Shown here one piece after another: positions 51,218 through 64,000 of a stretch of DNA of 64,000 bases. The stretch is taken from assembly GCA_964057225.1 (NCBI GenBank), contig OZ059897.1:10044001-10108000 (forward strand), written 5' to 3'. Position 1 is the first letter of the stretch, and each line of letters begins with the position of its first letter. The stretch comes from Auanema rhodensis (Eukaryota > Animalia > Nematoda). Under the pieces are notes generated by a model. That model had not been told where the DNA came from. It did not search any database and was given only the letters and a program-made list of their open reading frames with translations. A program made the translations under genes and the position numbers.

Positions 51218-54200
51218 ATTGAAATGCTGAGAGGTATGAGATAGAGAGTAAGCTTATGAGAGAAACCTTATTTTTCAGAGAATCAGAGAACGTTTTAAAG
51301 ATGGTTAGTTTTTCTAAATTTGGATGAGATTATCAATTTCAACACGTTCAACTTTTCAATGTTTTATGTGAACTAGTTTTGTGATGAGATGGTATATCCT
51401 GTTTCTTCTCTTCCCTTCTTTTTTATCTAGCTAATATTTCAAATTTAATTGATGGATTAAATGAAAATTGAGACATATTTATCAATTAGTTACAATCATT
51501 TGCAATATTTCTTTATAATGTTAAGAGAAATTGTAATAATTTGATGAATTGCTTTAAATACTCATGGAAACTGCCATCTGAACAAAATGGAAAGATAGAA
51601 CGATTTGTTAATATCAATTGTTTTAGTTTCTGAATTAACAAGCAATCAGTTAAGTTGATGAAACTGATTGGTTTTTTCCCATAAACTTAAGACAATATGA
51701 ATTTTAAATTTATATATATATTATATTTAATATATAATATATCCTATATTATACTATATTATACTATAAAATTTTTATAAATATATACACATATACATAT
51801 ATAAATGCATACATTTAGTACGCGGATTGCACTTATCAGCATGTTCTTTTCCAGCTTCCTTGCAATATTTTATTTACTTTTTACGCCTTTTGATAATATT
51901 AAATATATATATATATGAATATATATATACATTCATATATGTATCTATCATTCTTTTCTGTTTTGATTAGCTGAATCAATATTATATATTACAATAAAAA
52001 TTCTTCAGCTTTTCTAAATTTTGTTTCAAATTATTTTGAAAATATGATCGAAACAGATATCATCATCAACAGCATAGCTATCATCATTGTCGGGAGAGAA
52101 AGGATACATCGGTGTTTCCTTTCTCAAAAAACTTTTTTAAAGGTCTGCGATCTTTTCTCTAACTTAACTTTGCCTTGTAATTGAATCGTCATTTCATGAT
52201 AGCTCATTTTTTAAACAGTACTGCCTTCCCGTCGTATGTTTGTGCACGGATAGGAAGAAAACAGGACCCAGTTAAATAAATAAGATAGAGATATTTAAAA
52301 TTGTGAAGTCCTACCTGAAGTCATCTTATCTCTTTACATAATATTCAGAAAAAAATCTAGTTTTATTGAAATTTGCTTCAAAAAAATTGTTTTCAATTTC
52401 TGTGTTAAATTCAAATGGAAGAATCAGTGTAATTTTCAAAACCTTTACTCGATAAATCCTCCGATTTTTTTTTGATCCGCGATGATCCACATCATCATCG
52501 GCATCGAGTAATATCATGAAACACACGAAACTTCCTGGACAAACTTAAGTTGAAGTTTTTCCTACATCTAGTAAGATATATATGAAGAACTTCAATCTTT
52601 GATTTTTGAAATTTTAATCTAACACTTCGTTTTCACTCAAAATTTCATTCTCTTAGTCTTTTCTGATGTGTTCTTCACATCATATCTCTTTTTCTCACAT
52701 TAGTCTTCTCTTCATTATATGTCTATCTCTTCAATTGCTTTCTCTTTTTTTGTTATGTGTTATTCAAAAGCTGTCTTGTAGCCTGTCAGGTTTTAAAATT
52801 ATCTTTAATGCTCTAGTACAACTTCACTATGCTGTATCTTCTTGAAATTGAAACCTCTGTAATGTCTACTAAACCAGAGAACGCATGCGCAGTTTATTCA
52901 AAAGTCAAGCCCATCATGCGCTGCAAAACAGCTGACGTTGTTGTAAACGGACTTATACTATTTGTTCTTTTTCGCGGGCCCGCTTGGCTTTTTTCTCTGT
53001 CTTCCTGTCTTCATTTCATTTTCCTTGTATTTCATTTCTGTTCCTTATAGGAAAGAAGTATTCTCCCCTTCTTCTTCCTCACTGCCAATCGTTTTCTTTT
53101 CTATTTCTTTACCAACTTATTTTCCCATTCATGTTCACATTTTCACATTCATTCCACCTTCAGCGAAGATGAAATGATGAGCAAAAATTTCATCTGAAGA
53201 GATAGAATACGACATTTCTTTATAAAGTTCCACTTAAATGATACCACGACGATATGGTCATCAAACATACACACACACACACTACACACACACACACGGC
53301 ACCTCTAGAGATACATGCGTTGACTAAAAATAAATTAACCTGCTGCCACGTTCAAAATCTTTCTCTCATTTCTCATATTGAAAAAATTTGATTTTTTAAT
53401 TTTATATTTTTGAAATGACGATTATAATTCTTTCTATTGTTGCTTTTCTTTTAGATCTATAATTATATTATAGTTGAATAATTGTATATCTGGATAGTTA
53501 TAACTTGTCATAGTGTCAATCAAATGAAACTTATAAATTCGAAAAAATGAAATAACGAGGTCATTACGCTCTTGCAATTCTTCAAGACCACCTCGGATTA
53601 TTGCTTATTTTCGGTATTTTCATTCCCAAGGAAGAAAAATACCACTTTTCTCATAATTTTTCCCATATTTTCACCATAATTCGATTATATTAAAAACCAA
53701 ATTTATATTCAAAGTATTTCTTCTTTTCAATTGTTTTACAGTATATTTTGAAAAAAGACAACAGGATCAGTCTTGTTGTTTGATTGTATTCCGGAATAAA
53801 AATAATCTCAAACAAAGCTCTTGTTCTAATCATTAAAAATTCTAATGACTTCTGTCTAGCTTCTTTCTTAACATGAGAGGTCAATAAGAAAATCACTTCC
53901 ACCTTTACGCTTTTAAACGATAATTATCCAGGGCGCAGGTGTCATTTAAGTTCAAAATTTTCAAGAATTTAAAGAAAGCAAAAAGTTCCAACAAAAAAAA
54001 AGAAAGTTAAATCAAAAAGAAAAATGCGTTGTACAAAGCAGGTTGTACAATGCTGTCTCTTTCTTTCTACCAGATTTTAGTGATCCATTTTTCTATATAT
54101 TTTAATCCTATATTTCATTTCTAAAGAAGTAAACTTCACACAACAAAGGGAAGAGGACTCTTGCCACATTTTTTCTATTATATAATATCTTTACATACAT

Positions 54201-54657
54201 ACACACACATACACACATTTTAACTTGCCAATGCAATCTATTTATTTTTGTTCTCTAGCCGGCTACTTTTCTGATGCTCGTTTTCGCATCAAAAGGTAGA
54301 AAATTACGAAAATGTGACATCTATCATATCGGATCATGCCAACATTTCAAATTTCAATGAACACTCTTGATAATTGCCTAAAATCGACGTGCATTCTTAG
54401 TTATAGTCATTCCTTATATGAACTGTATTCGGTTTCTCTTTTTTTCTCTCTCTCAGTTTGGAGGACTGTTGTTATACTTGCTTATACGTGTTTATATGCT
54501 TCAGCATTGCCATCTCATGTCCTTTAATGAAGCTAATTCTATAATATTATGGAAGAGTAGCACACATAGAAACGCAAATATTCTATTTTACTTAATCTTT
54601 ATATCTTAATCTTAATTTTCTCAGACATAATTTTCTATCAATATTATAACTTTTTAG

Positions 54658-56693
54658 ATGACGTGGTTGAAGAAGAATCTACTGCTGGTGATGACTATTA
54701 GCTCAGTCATTGGCGGAGCCATACTTGGTTTCGCCCTCCGGCCGATGCAATTAACTCCTCAAGTAAATATAGAAAACTTTATTAAAAATAATTTTTTTGA
54801 AATTTTTTTGTTTAATACCATAAGACATATTTTTCAATTCTTTTCAGTCGGTTATGCTAGTTGCATTCCCTGGAGAATTGCTTATGCATATGCTGAAAAT
54901 GATGATTCTGCCTTTGATTGTTAGTTCTCTTATCTCAGGTAATGTACAAACAAATATTCAAAACAAGTAACACCTTTTGAAGGTCTTTCTCAATTGGATG
55001 CAAAACAATCAGGTAAAATGGGATCTCTTGCAATTACTTATTACGTAGCCACAACAGTGATTGCTGTAATCGTAAGTTTCAGGTTTTAAAAGACAGCATA
55101 ACATATTATCATTTGTAGACGGGTATTTTCCTCGTTCTCACTATTCATCCCGGTAATCCAAACATCAAATCTGATTTGGGAGAAGGAACCGAAGGCCGTA
55201 ATGTTAGTACAGTAGATACTCTTCTGGATTTAGTTAGGTAACTCGAATTCGTAGTATCAGTAGGATCATATCGTTGGTTGCAGAAATATGTTCCCAGAAA
55301 ACATTGTTCAAGCAACATTCCAACAAGTTGCAACCAAATATGTTAATGTTCGTCCAAAAATTTTGAAGAATGATAGTGCGGTTATGATGGAAATGCTGAA
55401 CAATGGAAGTTTAGATTACAAAAAAGTCTCAGTTGTATACACGGATGGAATGAACGTTCTTGGTTCTAACTATCTAGACATTCGGAATAAAGTCAAATAA
55501 CAATTTCAGGAATAATTGTATTCTGTATTGCAGTTGGAATTTCCCTTTCTCAATTGGGCGAAGAAGGCCATGTAATGATACAGTTCTTTGTTATTATGGA
55601 TAGAGTGATTATGCGTTTAGTTATGACTGTCATGTGGTATATCATTACCATTTCTTGGAGTAGATGATCCTCATTTTTCTTAGGTATTCTCCAATTGGTA
55701 TCATGTGCTTGATTATGGGGAAAATTCTGGAAATTCATGATCTTGCTGATACAGCCAGAATGTTAGCTATGTACATGGTTACAGTAAGTATTTAACTATT
55801 TGAATCATTACTAGACCTTTCTTTTTGAGGTCATCAGTGGTTTGCTTATTCATTCTTTAATCTCTCTTCCCCTCATTTTCTTCCTCGTGACAAAGAGAAA
55901 TCCATACAAGTTTATGCGTGGACTCTTGCAAGCCTGGATCACAGCTCTCGGAACCGCTTCCAGGCATTTATTTAATCGTGATTCATAGTTAAAAATGAGA
56001 ATTTAAGTTCCGCTACTCTTCCCATGACCTACAGCTGTCTTGAAGAGAACTTGGGTGTTGATAGAAGAGTAACCAGATTTGTACTTCCAGTCGGAGCTAC
56101 TATCAATATGGTGCAACTATTTTTAACTTTGGAAATATAAATCAAAACACTTCAGGACGGAACAGCTTTATATGAGGCTGTTGCTGCCATTTTCATCGCC
56201 CAAATGAATGGAATCAATCTCTCATTTGGCCAAGTTGTAACTGTCAGGTATATCAACAGCATTTTTAGATATTTATTGTTTTTCTTGCTAGTTTGACTGC
56301 CACTCTTGCTTCTATTGGAGCTGCCTCGGTTCCTTCAGCTGGACTTGTAACAATGTTGTTGGTATTGACTGCCGTCGGACTTCCCGTTAAGGATGTATCT
56401 CTTATCGTTGCCGTTGATTGGCTACTGTAGGTTAATGATGTTTTAACATGTATACATCTGGATGTTTAGTGATAGAATTCGTACCTCTATCAATGTTCTC
56501 GGAGATGCTTTCGGTGCCGGAATTGTCGACCATTTCGTCAAGGCTGACTTGAAGGAGCATGACATGCTTCTCCAGAAGGTTCATAGCCCAGGTATGAAAC
56601 TTTATCATAAATTTTGAAACTGTATAAGGAAATTTAGATGATGATCATCATCCACAACGCGGAACTTTCGCTAGTGTTCCACAACAAGAATGA
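54658..56693 (+). CDS. glt-1: Excitatory amino acid (glutamate) transporter, SLC1
   Basis: [77 protein letters not shown]. Contains one GC-AG intron. An additional upstream first exon cannot be excluded. Confidence 0.95.
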
Positions 56694-57216
56694 GCAAAAT
56701 ATGGAAGAATATTCATCCCTCTTCATTCCTTATGAACCAATCAACTTGGTTCTGTTCTTTCCTTATTCTTTAAGAGCTTTGATATAAAAAAAGTTTTTCC
56801 GTAATTTTTGGATGCTTTTTTAGAAATATATGTATCTCTTATAACTGTGAAACTACTGCAACTCTCGATTTTCTGAGAACATCTAGTAAGAATTCGCACG
56901 CTTTCTAATTAAAAATCATCACTTTTACTTTCAATATTAAGTCTGTTAAACCTCTTATTCACCTAAAAAGTATTTCTGGCTATTGTATGACCATGTCTCC
57001 CGATGATTTTCCCGGTTTAACATCATTTTATCCGGTCATTAGGTGCTTTTAAAGGTATTAAGAAGGTACGACGTAACCTCGTACGACATCCTACATATAT
57101 TTATGTATTTTTTTTTACAATAAAAACAACTTTTTAATCTGCTAGTTTGTACATATCGCATAAAATAATGATCGAAACAACTGTGGGAACATAAAAAATA
57201 CATGACAGATAATAAA

Positions 57217-58251
57217 CTACAGATAACCTGGTGGCGTTCTCGCTGGTGGACAATGAGAGCAAGCTCCCGCAAATCCTGCAACCCCAACTGGGCCTACAGA
57301 GCCTGGTTTGCCTGGTTTACCTTTCTCTCCTGGAATTCCAGGTTCGCCGGGTTCTCCTATGGGCCCGTCAATGCTTGGTCCAGGTATGCCTGGTTCACCG
57401 GTCTTTCCAGGAGGACCATCTTCCCCCGGAGGCCCCGTAGAACCAGGAGGTCCAATAGCCTGAATCAATTTTCCACTATTGCCGCGCAATCCCATTTTTC
57501 CTGGTTCTCCAGGCTTCCCTGGGTCACCTTTAGGTCCTTCTTAAAAAATTTTGATTATTTTCTAAAAAATGATTATTTTAACTTGGTCCTTTCCTACTCA
57601 GTCCAGGCAAACCAGGAGTTCCAGGAGATCCTAGAGGACCTCTAGGTCCTGGCTCGCCGATTGGCCCAGGGGCGCCCGTTGTTCCTTCCGGACAATCATA
57701 ACAGAATTGAGGTTCATAATCATCAGCATTGGTTCCTGGAGCTCCATCTTTCCCCGGTCTCCCAGGACCTCCATCGGAGCCATTTTTCCCAGGTTCTCCC
57801 GGTCGTCCTGGTATGCCAGTAGCACACTGAATCTTGGAGTTCAAGTCATATAACAATCGTATCTTAAAATAATTTAGTAATACCAATAACCAAAATACTA
57901 TATTCACCTGGTTTTTTATATTTTTAAAATTTCTAGGTACCTTCAACTTATTATTCCATACATGGTCTCGTTTATGACGCGATACTCTGTGACGAACTAA
58001 TATCTAGATTTCACAACAATTAAAACTCAATTATGACACCTGTCAACCTGATTTTGCTTCAGAATCAGATTCTCAACTTCTGATACACAGTCATCGGTTG
58101 CAGAGTTCAACAACGAATGAAGGGTTTGAAATTGAAGAAAAACTGGTGGTGTGAACAAGAATATGAGAACACAGCTAGTAAGAGATAACGAATAGCCAAG
58201 TATAATTATTCTTTTCCAAAATTTAATTCTAGAAATATCGTCTTCATTCAT
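57217..58251 (-). CDS. Cuticle collagen
   Basis: N-terminal TM, RHKR cleavage site, Gly-X-Y repeats, [21 protein letters not shown]. The exon structure at 57830-57940 is uncertain. Confidence 0.9.
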
Positions 58252-58874
58252 TGAAAAAATAGATATAGGAGTGATAATTCAAATAGAAAATTGCTGAAGT
58301 AATCTTTCTTTGAGATTAGGTTATAAAAACTCGGTCAAAGATGAATTCTTTTTATACCTCAAATAGAACATGTTTCGATATTAACTGAACAGAATTAAAA
58401 GGAACTGCATAAACAAGCTTCCTAGTTAACTCTGACATTATTTCACATTTCCATTATTTTAGTTTTTTTATAAACTTTATGGATAAGCAAAAGCGGTTTA
58501 AAGCCACATCAATTACTCATATCCATTACCAAAATATTACGACTAGTTTTAGATATAAATTTATGTTTATGTACTTTGTATCTTTAGAAAATAATTTTTT
58601 TTTATTAAATATTTATATTTTCCCATAAGAATCACATAAAATACCAATTTGTTTTATACGAGTACGCTGTAAGGAATATCTAGTATGTGCTTGCTATTTA
58701 CATGGGTAAAAACAGTGCAAGCCGTACGGTTTGAGTTATTGATTTTGTCGCCCTGGCTCTATATTATCGTTATTATTATCTCTTATTATTTTATAAAGTA
58801 TATGCGTTTTATTAATTATTTCTTTTCGTTTAAAGTTATTTTTTTTTAAAATATTTTTATATGTTAAATTATAG

Positions 58875-60728
58875 ATGTCGAAAGAAAACGGCGAAGAAGG
58901 TATCAAGGATGTCGAAGAAACTAAACCAGAAGAAAATGAGGACGTTGTTCGTTCTGAGTTTGTTGTCGTTCAAGACCCCAACGGTATTAAATCTTTCATT
59001 TGTTGAATTTAACTAACTTTTTAAATTTTTAGGTGATGTCTTAGAGTTACCAACTAATACTGACAATTCCTTATATTTGTCAACTTTACAAAGCAATGTC
59101 GCAACTGGAGCAACTGGGTTGAAGTACAAAAATCCTAAAACTGGTGCCAGTCGTGCTGTTGCGTAAGCATTTTTAAATTTTTACTTCATGCATTTTGAAT
59201 ATATACAGTGTTGACCCAACGGGAGCTAAGTTCCTTCCACCGACAGATGGTTGGGAAGACAAAATATTCACCGTTATAATGGCAACTCCATCGAGAGGTA
59301 AGTTCTTTTCATGTTAATGCTAATGCGAGTCAAATTTTTGTTCAACATTTTTTGTTTGTTTTTTTTTGATCGATTTAATTGAAACTAAGAAAAGTCGTTA
59401 AATATTCAAGATTTATTTATGAGAAGTGAGTGTGGTTTGTGAACAGGTTCGGAAGTGAGTGTGAAGAGACGGAAGATGGGCGACAGTGACGGTGAGGAAG
59501 ACTCCGATGGTGAGGGACGACATGGGAGAAAGAGGCTTCTGGAGAGTGGACCTAGTTCTTCATTGGGAGAAAGAAGACCTGTCGACCTAATTGTATTGGG
59601 TGTCAATTTCAAGACTACTGACGAAACGTTCAAAACCTATTTTGAGCAATTCGGAAGTGTTGTCTTTGCTGAGGTATGTTAAAGCAAGAAAGCGAACTTT
59701 TCTTCATTGTGTTTACGTCTGAGATATTCATGTTGAGTTTGTGTCCATGTGAATGTGTTTAGTACCTTTGGCATTTAAATGTCAAGCCGTTATATTTAGA
59801 TTAAACGTACAACTGATGGAAACTCTAAGGGATTTGGCTTTGTTCAAATGGCAACTTTAGATGATCAGGACAAGGTTCGAGTTCTTTTGCGATATTCCCG
59901 ATAATTGTGTACATTAGGTTTTGAATCAAAGCAACCACATGCTTGACGGTCGAAGATGTGAAGTCAAAATTCCGGAAACTAGAGTATGGCTTATTTGTAT
60001 TTCTTCTTTTGTTATACAATCTTTAGATTGACTATCCTGGAACACCTGGCAGAGGCCGTTTCCCTGTTAACAAGATCTTCATAGGTCGTTTAATAAGCAA
60101 GATAACAGACAGTTGTCTTCGGGAGTTCTTTGAAGTCGAATCTCAAAAAATTAATGAAAAGGCTAAGGTATGACTTTGGTTTGATGTGTTATAATATATT
60201 ATAATTATGGCAGGTTATCGACGTATTTATTCCAAAACCATTCAGAGGATTTGGTTTTGTAACTTTCTCTAGTTCCGAGATTGCTGAAAAAATTTGCAAG
60301 TTTGTTTACTTTTTGGGATGTAATGTTAATCCACCTTTTTGAAGCCAAAGCAATTATGTAATTGATGGCACCTCGATTGCTGTTAGTTTAGCTGTTCCTC
60401 GTGATGAAACTACTAGCTCCATGAATTCGCCACACAGGTAAAACTTGCATAATCCATTTTTTTCTAAAGCACTATTTTCAGCGATTATGGCTACCATTAT
60501 GGTTACGGGAAAGGTAGCCCAAGTTTCAATAATTTCCATTCCAACTTTCCGGTTTGTGACTTCCCCGGTAACCCTCGTCAAGCTTATGTTCAGGATTCTC
60601 CCTATGGATATCCCAGCCCATCAGGGCCACCTATGCACCATCACCGTGCATACAGTAACGGATGGGGATCTAATAATACTCCTCCTCGTGCATCTCATCC
60701 GCGTAATTCATGGTTTAGGAAATCATAA
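58875..60728 (+). CDS. tdp-1: TDP-43 orthologue
   Basis: NTD (LELPT..D..L.LSTL...[10 protein letters not shown]), NLS KRRK, RRM1 DLIVLGV...SKGFGFV, RRM2 KIFIGRL...[16 protein letters not shown], low-complexity G/Y/P/N tail ending WFRKS*. Confidence 0.95.
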
Positions 60729-60993
60729 ATTTGTTAAAGTATCGAATGATTATTTATTTCCCGTTCTTTAATCATAACAGCCATCAGCATAAGCAACTTG
60801 TTGACGTCTTCCTACATAATGAATGCGTTAATCATTGCTATTTAAGTATGTATCCAATATGACATGTTCTATGTTGCTCTACTTCTAACCGTTTTTTGTT
60901 TTGTAATTCTGAGTATGAGCGTTAATAAAGTAATTGAAAACATACAACGTTTTAAATATAATTAATTTCTTATTAAAATATTGAATATTATTC

Positions 60994-62618
60994 TCAGAAT
61001 TCTGAGGGCATTAGATGATCAATTAAGTGAGCAGTACATATATCATTCGGAAGTGATAATAAAATGCCAGATGTTATATGAATATCTGAAAAAGTCTTGA
61101 TACGGTTAGAAGATTTGTTTAACATACCATTAGTAATTTCATGGGGTAGTTTGCCTAACCTTTTCCCTGTGGATTTCGGCGTTGTAGCTATGTTTTCGGG
61201 TTTTACTTGTGGTATAGTTATTTCAATTGATTTGCTGTTTGTTGGAGGCATTTTTGATGCATTACCGAACTCTGAAATATAGTGGTTTTTGAAACTTAGC
61301 GAAACACCAGTATACCTGTTAAGTCTATATTATCCAATATTTCATTGTTCGCTAATGCTTTAGCAATAAGCTGTAAAATGCGCGGATCTGTTACAGTTTC
61401 CTCATCATGCACTGTTAGAATTGAAATTTCCTCTTCGCTTAATTTCGACACTTTCTTGTTCTTTTTTGTATTACTTGAGAATCTTTTAGAAGCTCTATTT
61501 ATGTGAGGAAAACCTGGAAGTTGGTTTATCCCTAGAAATACAGTTATGTTTTATACGTACTCGATTTCTCCCTCGTCATTTCAAACGATTGGCTGGTTGT
61601 TTCAACTCTTGGTGTATTGTATTTAAACACTGCACTTGGACTGGATGGTAATGTTGTTGGAGGTTTAGTAATAACTGTGGTAGGAAGCACTGTAGATGTG
61701 GTGAATAAATCAATCTGTCGTTGGTTGTTGATGTGTACAGTCGGTTCATTCGATAAAAAAGTATTCGTTGCGGCATTTCCTAACACAGTTTGGAAGGCTC
61801 CGTCCAAAGAGAATAATGGAGATTGACTCACGACGGGCAAAAATCTGAACTACTTAATACTTAATACTGAAATAAAACAGTTGGCACGCATTCAACCTTG
61901 ACGTTACTGTAGAGTTAACATTCAAAATACGATGTAATAGAGCAGAAAAATCTTTTTGAGGAGTAGTGCCAGCACTAAAAAAGTAGGAAAACATAAAAAT
62001 AATATTGAAGTCGAAAATACCTTTCTGCATCTTTTTTTATCCGCCGCTTATTTCTTGCCAGCCTGTTTCGTGTAATTGCGGTATCCAGTCTCGCTTTCTC
62101 TTTGTTAGTTAGAGCCCGTATTAGTTTTTCATTAATATAGACATGACTATTCTATAACAAAAATATTTTATAGCAGATTATATTTTTCCAACTAACCCGA
62201 ACTATACAACTGCTTAAAACTACTTCAGTTGAATCATCATATCCCCCACAGAAATTAGGTACTACGGGAGCATCCATTATAAATAAATCAGAAGACATAC
62301 CACTTTAAAAAATGGAACATATTGTATGCACATAATGCTCAACCAAAAGCCTACCTTCGATATCGGCTGATATCTTCTTGATATAATCGGAAGATGTTCG
62401 ATTCGTGTTCGGATAAAAGCCGTTTAGCAACTCCGTGAATAAACAATTGACCATCCTGAAAAATGAAGAAGTCAAATCTTGAATCCAACACGATATCTCC
62501 GTCTTACTACTACTGCACATGCTGGGCCTACATAGCCATAACCAGGCTGCTTTTTTATATCAGCATGGGAACTACGGAATTTCAGAAAAAACAAGACTAT
62601 CACTAAGATTTTCTTCAT
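60994..62618 (-). CDS. Secreted pepsin-inhibitor-3 (Aspin-like) repeat protein with Ser/Thr-rich tail
   Basis: Signal peptide MKKILVIVLFFL, repeat 1 CAVVDGQLFIHGVAKRLLSEHE, PVVPNFC, repeat 2 CIVRNSHVYINEKLIRALTNKE, then a T/P-rich mucin-like region. Confidence 0.7.
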
Positions 62619-63819
62619 TGGCTAGAATGCATAAATATAAGCAAGAACAAACGTATAGAATTTGAAACTAAGAATTACACCAGAAGAGTCGTATAAATCG
62701 AATAGGCTGAATTTTAACATTTCCATAAAAGGAAGAAGGTATGTGGGAGGTGACTTACAAAAGCAGCGGAAAATTAAGCTATTGCTTGCACAAGAACAAT
62801 AGATTCGTATTGTTTACCATGTAGTAGTGTTGTCATCTCAGTTCTATCCTGTGAATACGATCCTTTTTACCTGTCGCCTTCTTAGTTCAACTACTATATC
62901 GCTTCTATCTTCTTGTTCTTTTCTCGTCTTTGTGTATAAATGAACATCAGATTATCCCACGACCATCACTGCTTAGCGAACACGTGGCTTACAGCAACTC
63001 AATGACGACAAACTGAACTTCACAACGTTCAACGCTGCGGAAATAAAAACACATTTCAAACATTACAAATTCATAAACGCTGAGCTTTCGTAAGATAATC
63101 AATGAATTCCGAAACAGATTTCTCTCTATAAATCCTATTGAAAAATCTTCAAAATGTTGCCAAAATTAAAAATAATAAAAAAAAACAAGAACTTATTTTA
63201 CTTTGTTTTTTTCAGATGATCGAGTATGCTAAACTCCCTCAAATGCTTTTCAATGTATTGTCTTCTCATTCATTTTTAATTTAACTTTTTCCTTATCTAA
63301 TCTTATGAAAGATTATCAAATCTTGAACTAGGTATAAAACTGAACACGTCAACGCTCTCATAACTCATGGTAGAGTACCACCAACACTTCATGGTTCCAA
63401 ATTCTTGTAGAAAACGATTTCGCTAATCACACAAAACACACTGCAGGTTGAATATATACTCTTCGTACACATTTCCAATGCAACGACGGGGTTCTGTTTC
63501 TTGCTTAATTATTTAAAAGTAATAATCAGGAAGTTTGGTATTATTTACACATTAAGTATTTCAGTAATTAAAATTTATCTTAAACTACCTAGCAACTTGA
63601 TTCACATTATTTTTAAAATGTTTTACTTTTTATATATTCTTTACTAAATTGTTTTTACTAATATTTCATCATTGTATTTCCTATCTATTTATACTTTTTT
63701 GTTTCCAAAATATATCGCATACTCTGAAAGTTCATTTTATTTTTTTTTAATGACGTAAAGTGTTTAAAAAAATAATTGTCTATCATCCCTTGTTAACAAA
63801 ATTATATCTCTTATTAAAG

Positions 63820-64000
63820 ATGCCTCCCGTTGGTGCACATGTTGGTGCCCCCGGTGCCCCTGCTTCTTGTTTCCAGAAGGTAAACTTGAAAATTGGCTAC
63901 AAAATGTAACAATCATTTTTTTTAGATCAGAATGGGTTTCATGATGGGATGTATGATTGGTGGAGCCACAGGTGTTTTGATTGGAGGATTTTCTGCTCTG
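63820..64000 (+). CDS. romo-1: ROMO1/Mgr2 (5' part; runs off the window)
   Basis: MPPVG...SCFQK|IRMGFMMGCMIGGATGVLIGGFSAL, with a GT-AG intron starting at 63880. Confidence 0.9.

Overview
AT-rich eukaryotic genomic DNA from a nematode, most likely a rhabditid (clade V). The evidence is many ~45-50 nt introns, TTTCAG-type acceptors, cuticle collagens and close C. elegans-like orthologues; the species cannot be determined from the sequence. I spliced 17 intron-rich protein-coding genes by hand: class-2 lipase, a divergent SLC6/SNF transporter, a KCNE/MPS subunit, sqrd-1, smg-8, two collagens, membralin, mtq-2/N6AMT1, a CLC channel, a dienelactone hydrolase, an unknown type II membrane protein, oligoribonuclease, a double-MADF protein, exc-7/ELAV, glt-1, tdp-1. 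Two more lie at the right end: a pepsin-inhibitor-3-like protein and the 5' end of romo-1 (19 in total). Several genes are arranged like operons, and a ~11.6 kb gene-free region lies between exc-7 and glt-1. The most unusual signals concern splicing and RNA structure: (1) a GT-TG first intron in sqrd-1 that the reading frame requires; (2) a stop-containing cassette exon hidden in the eRF1 methyltransferase mtq-2; (3) a UG-rich alternative 3' splice site that would put a premature stop in tdp-1; (4) an in-frame intron-like 45-mer ending in TTTCCG; (5) a GC-rich ~95 nt element at 3.75-3.85 kb with pseudoknot topology. CDS coordinates are start-to-stop spans including introns. Gene names come from recalled similarity, not from database searches.
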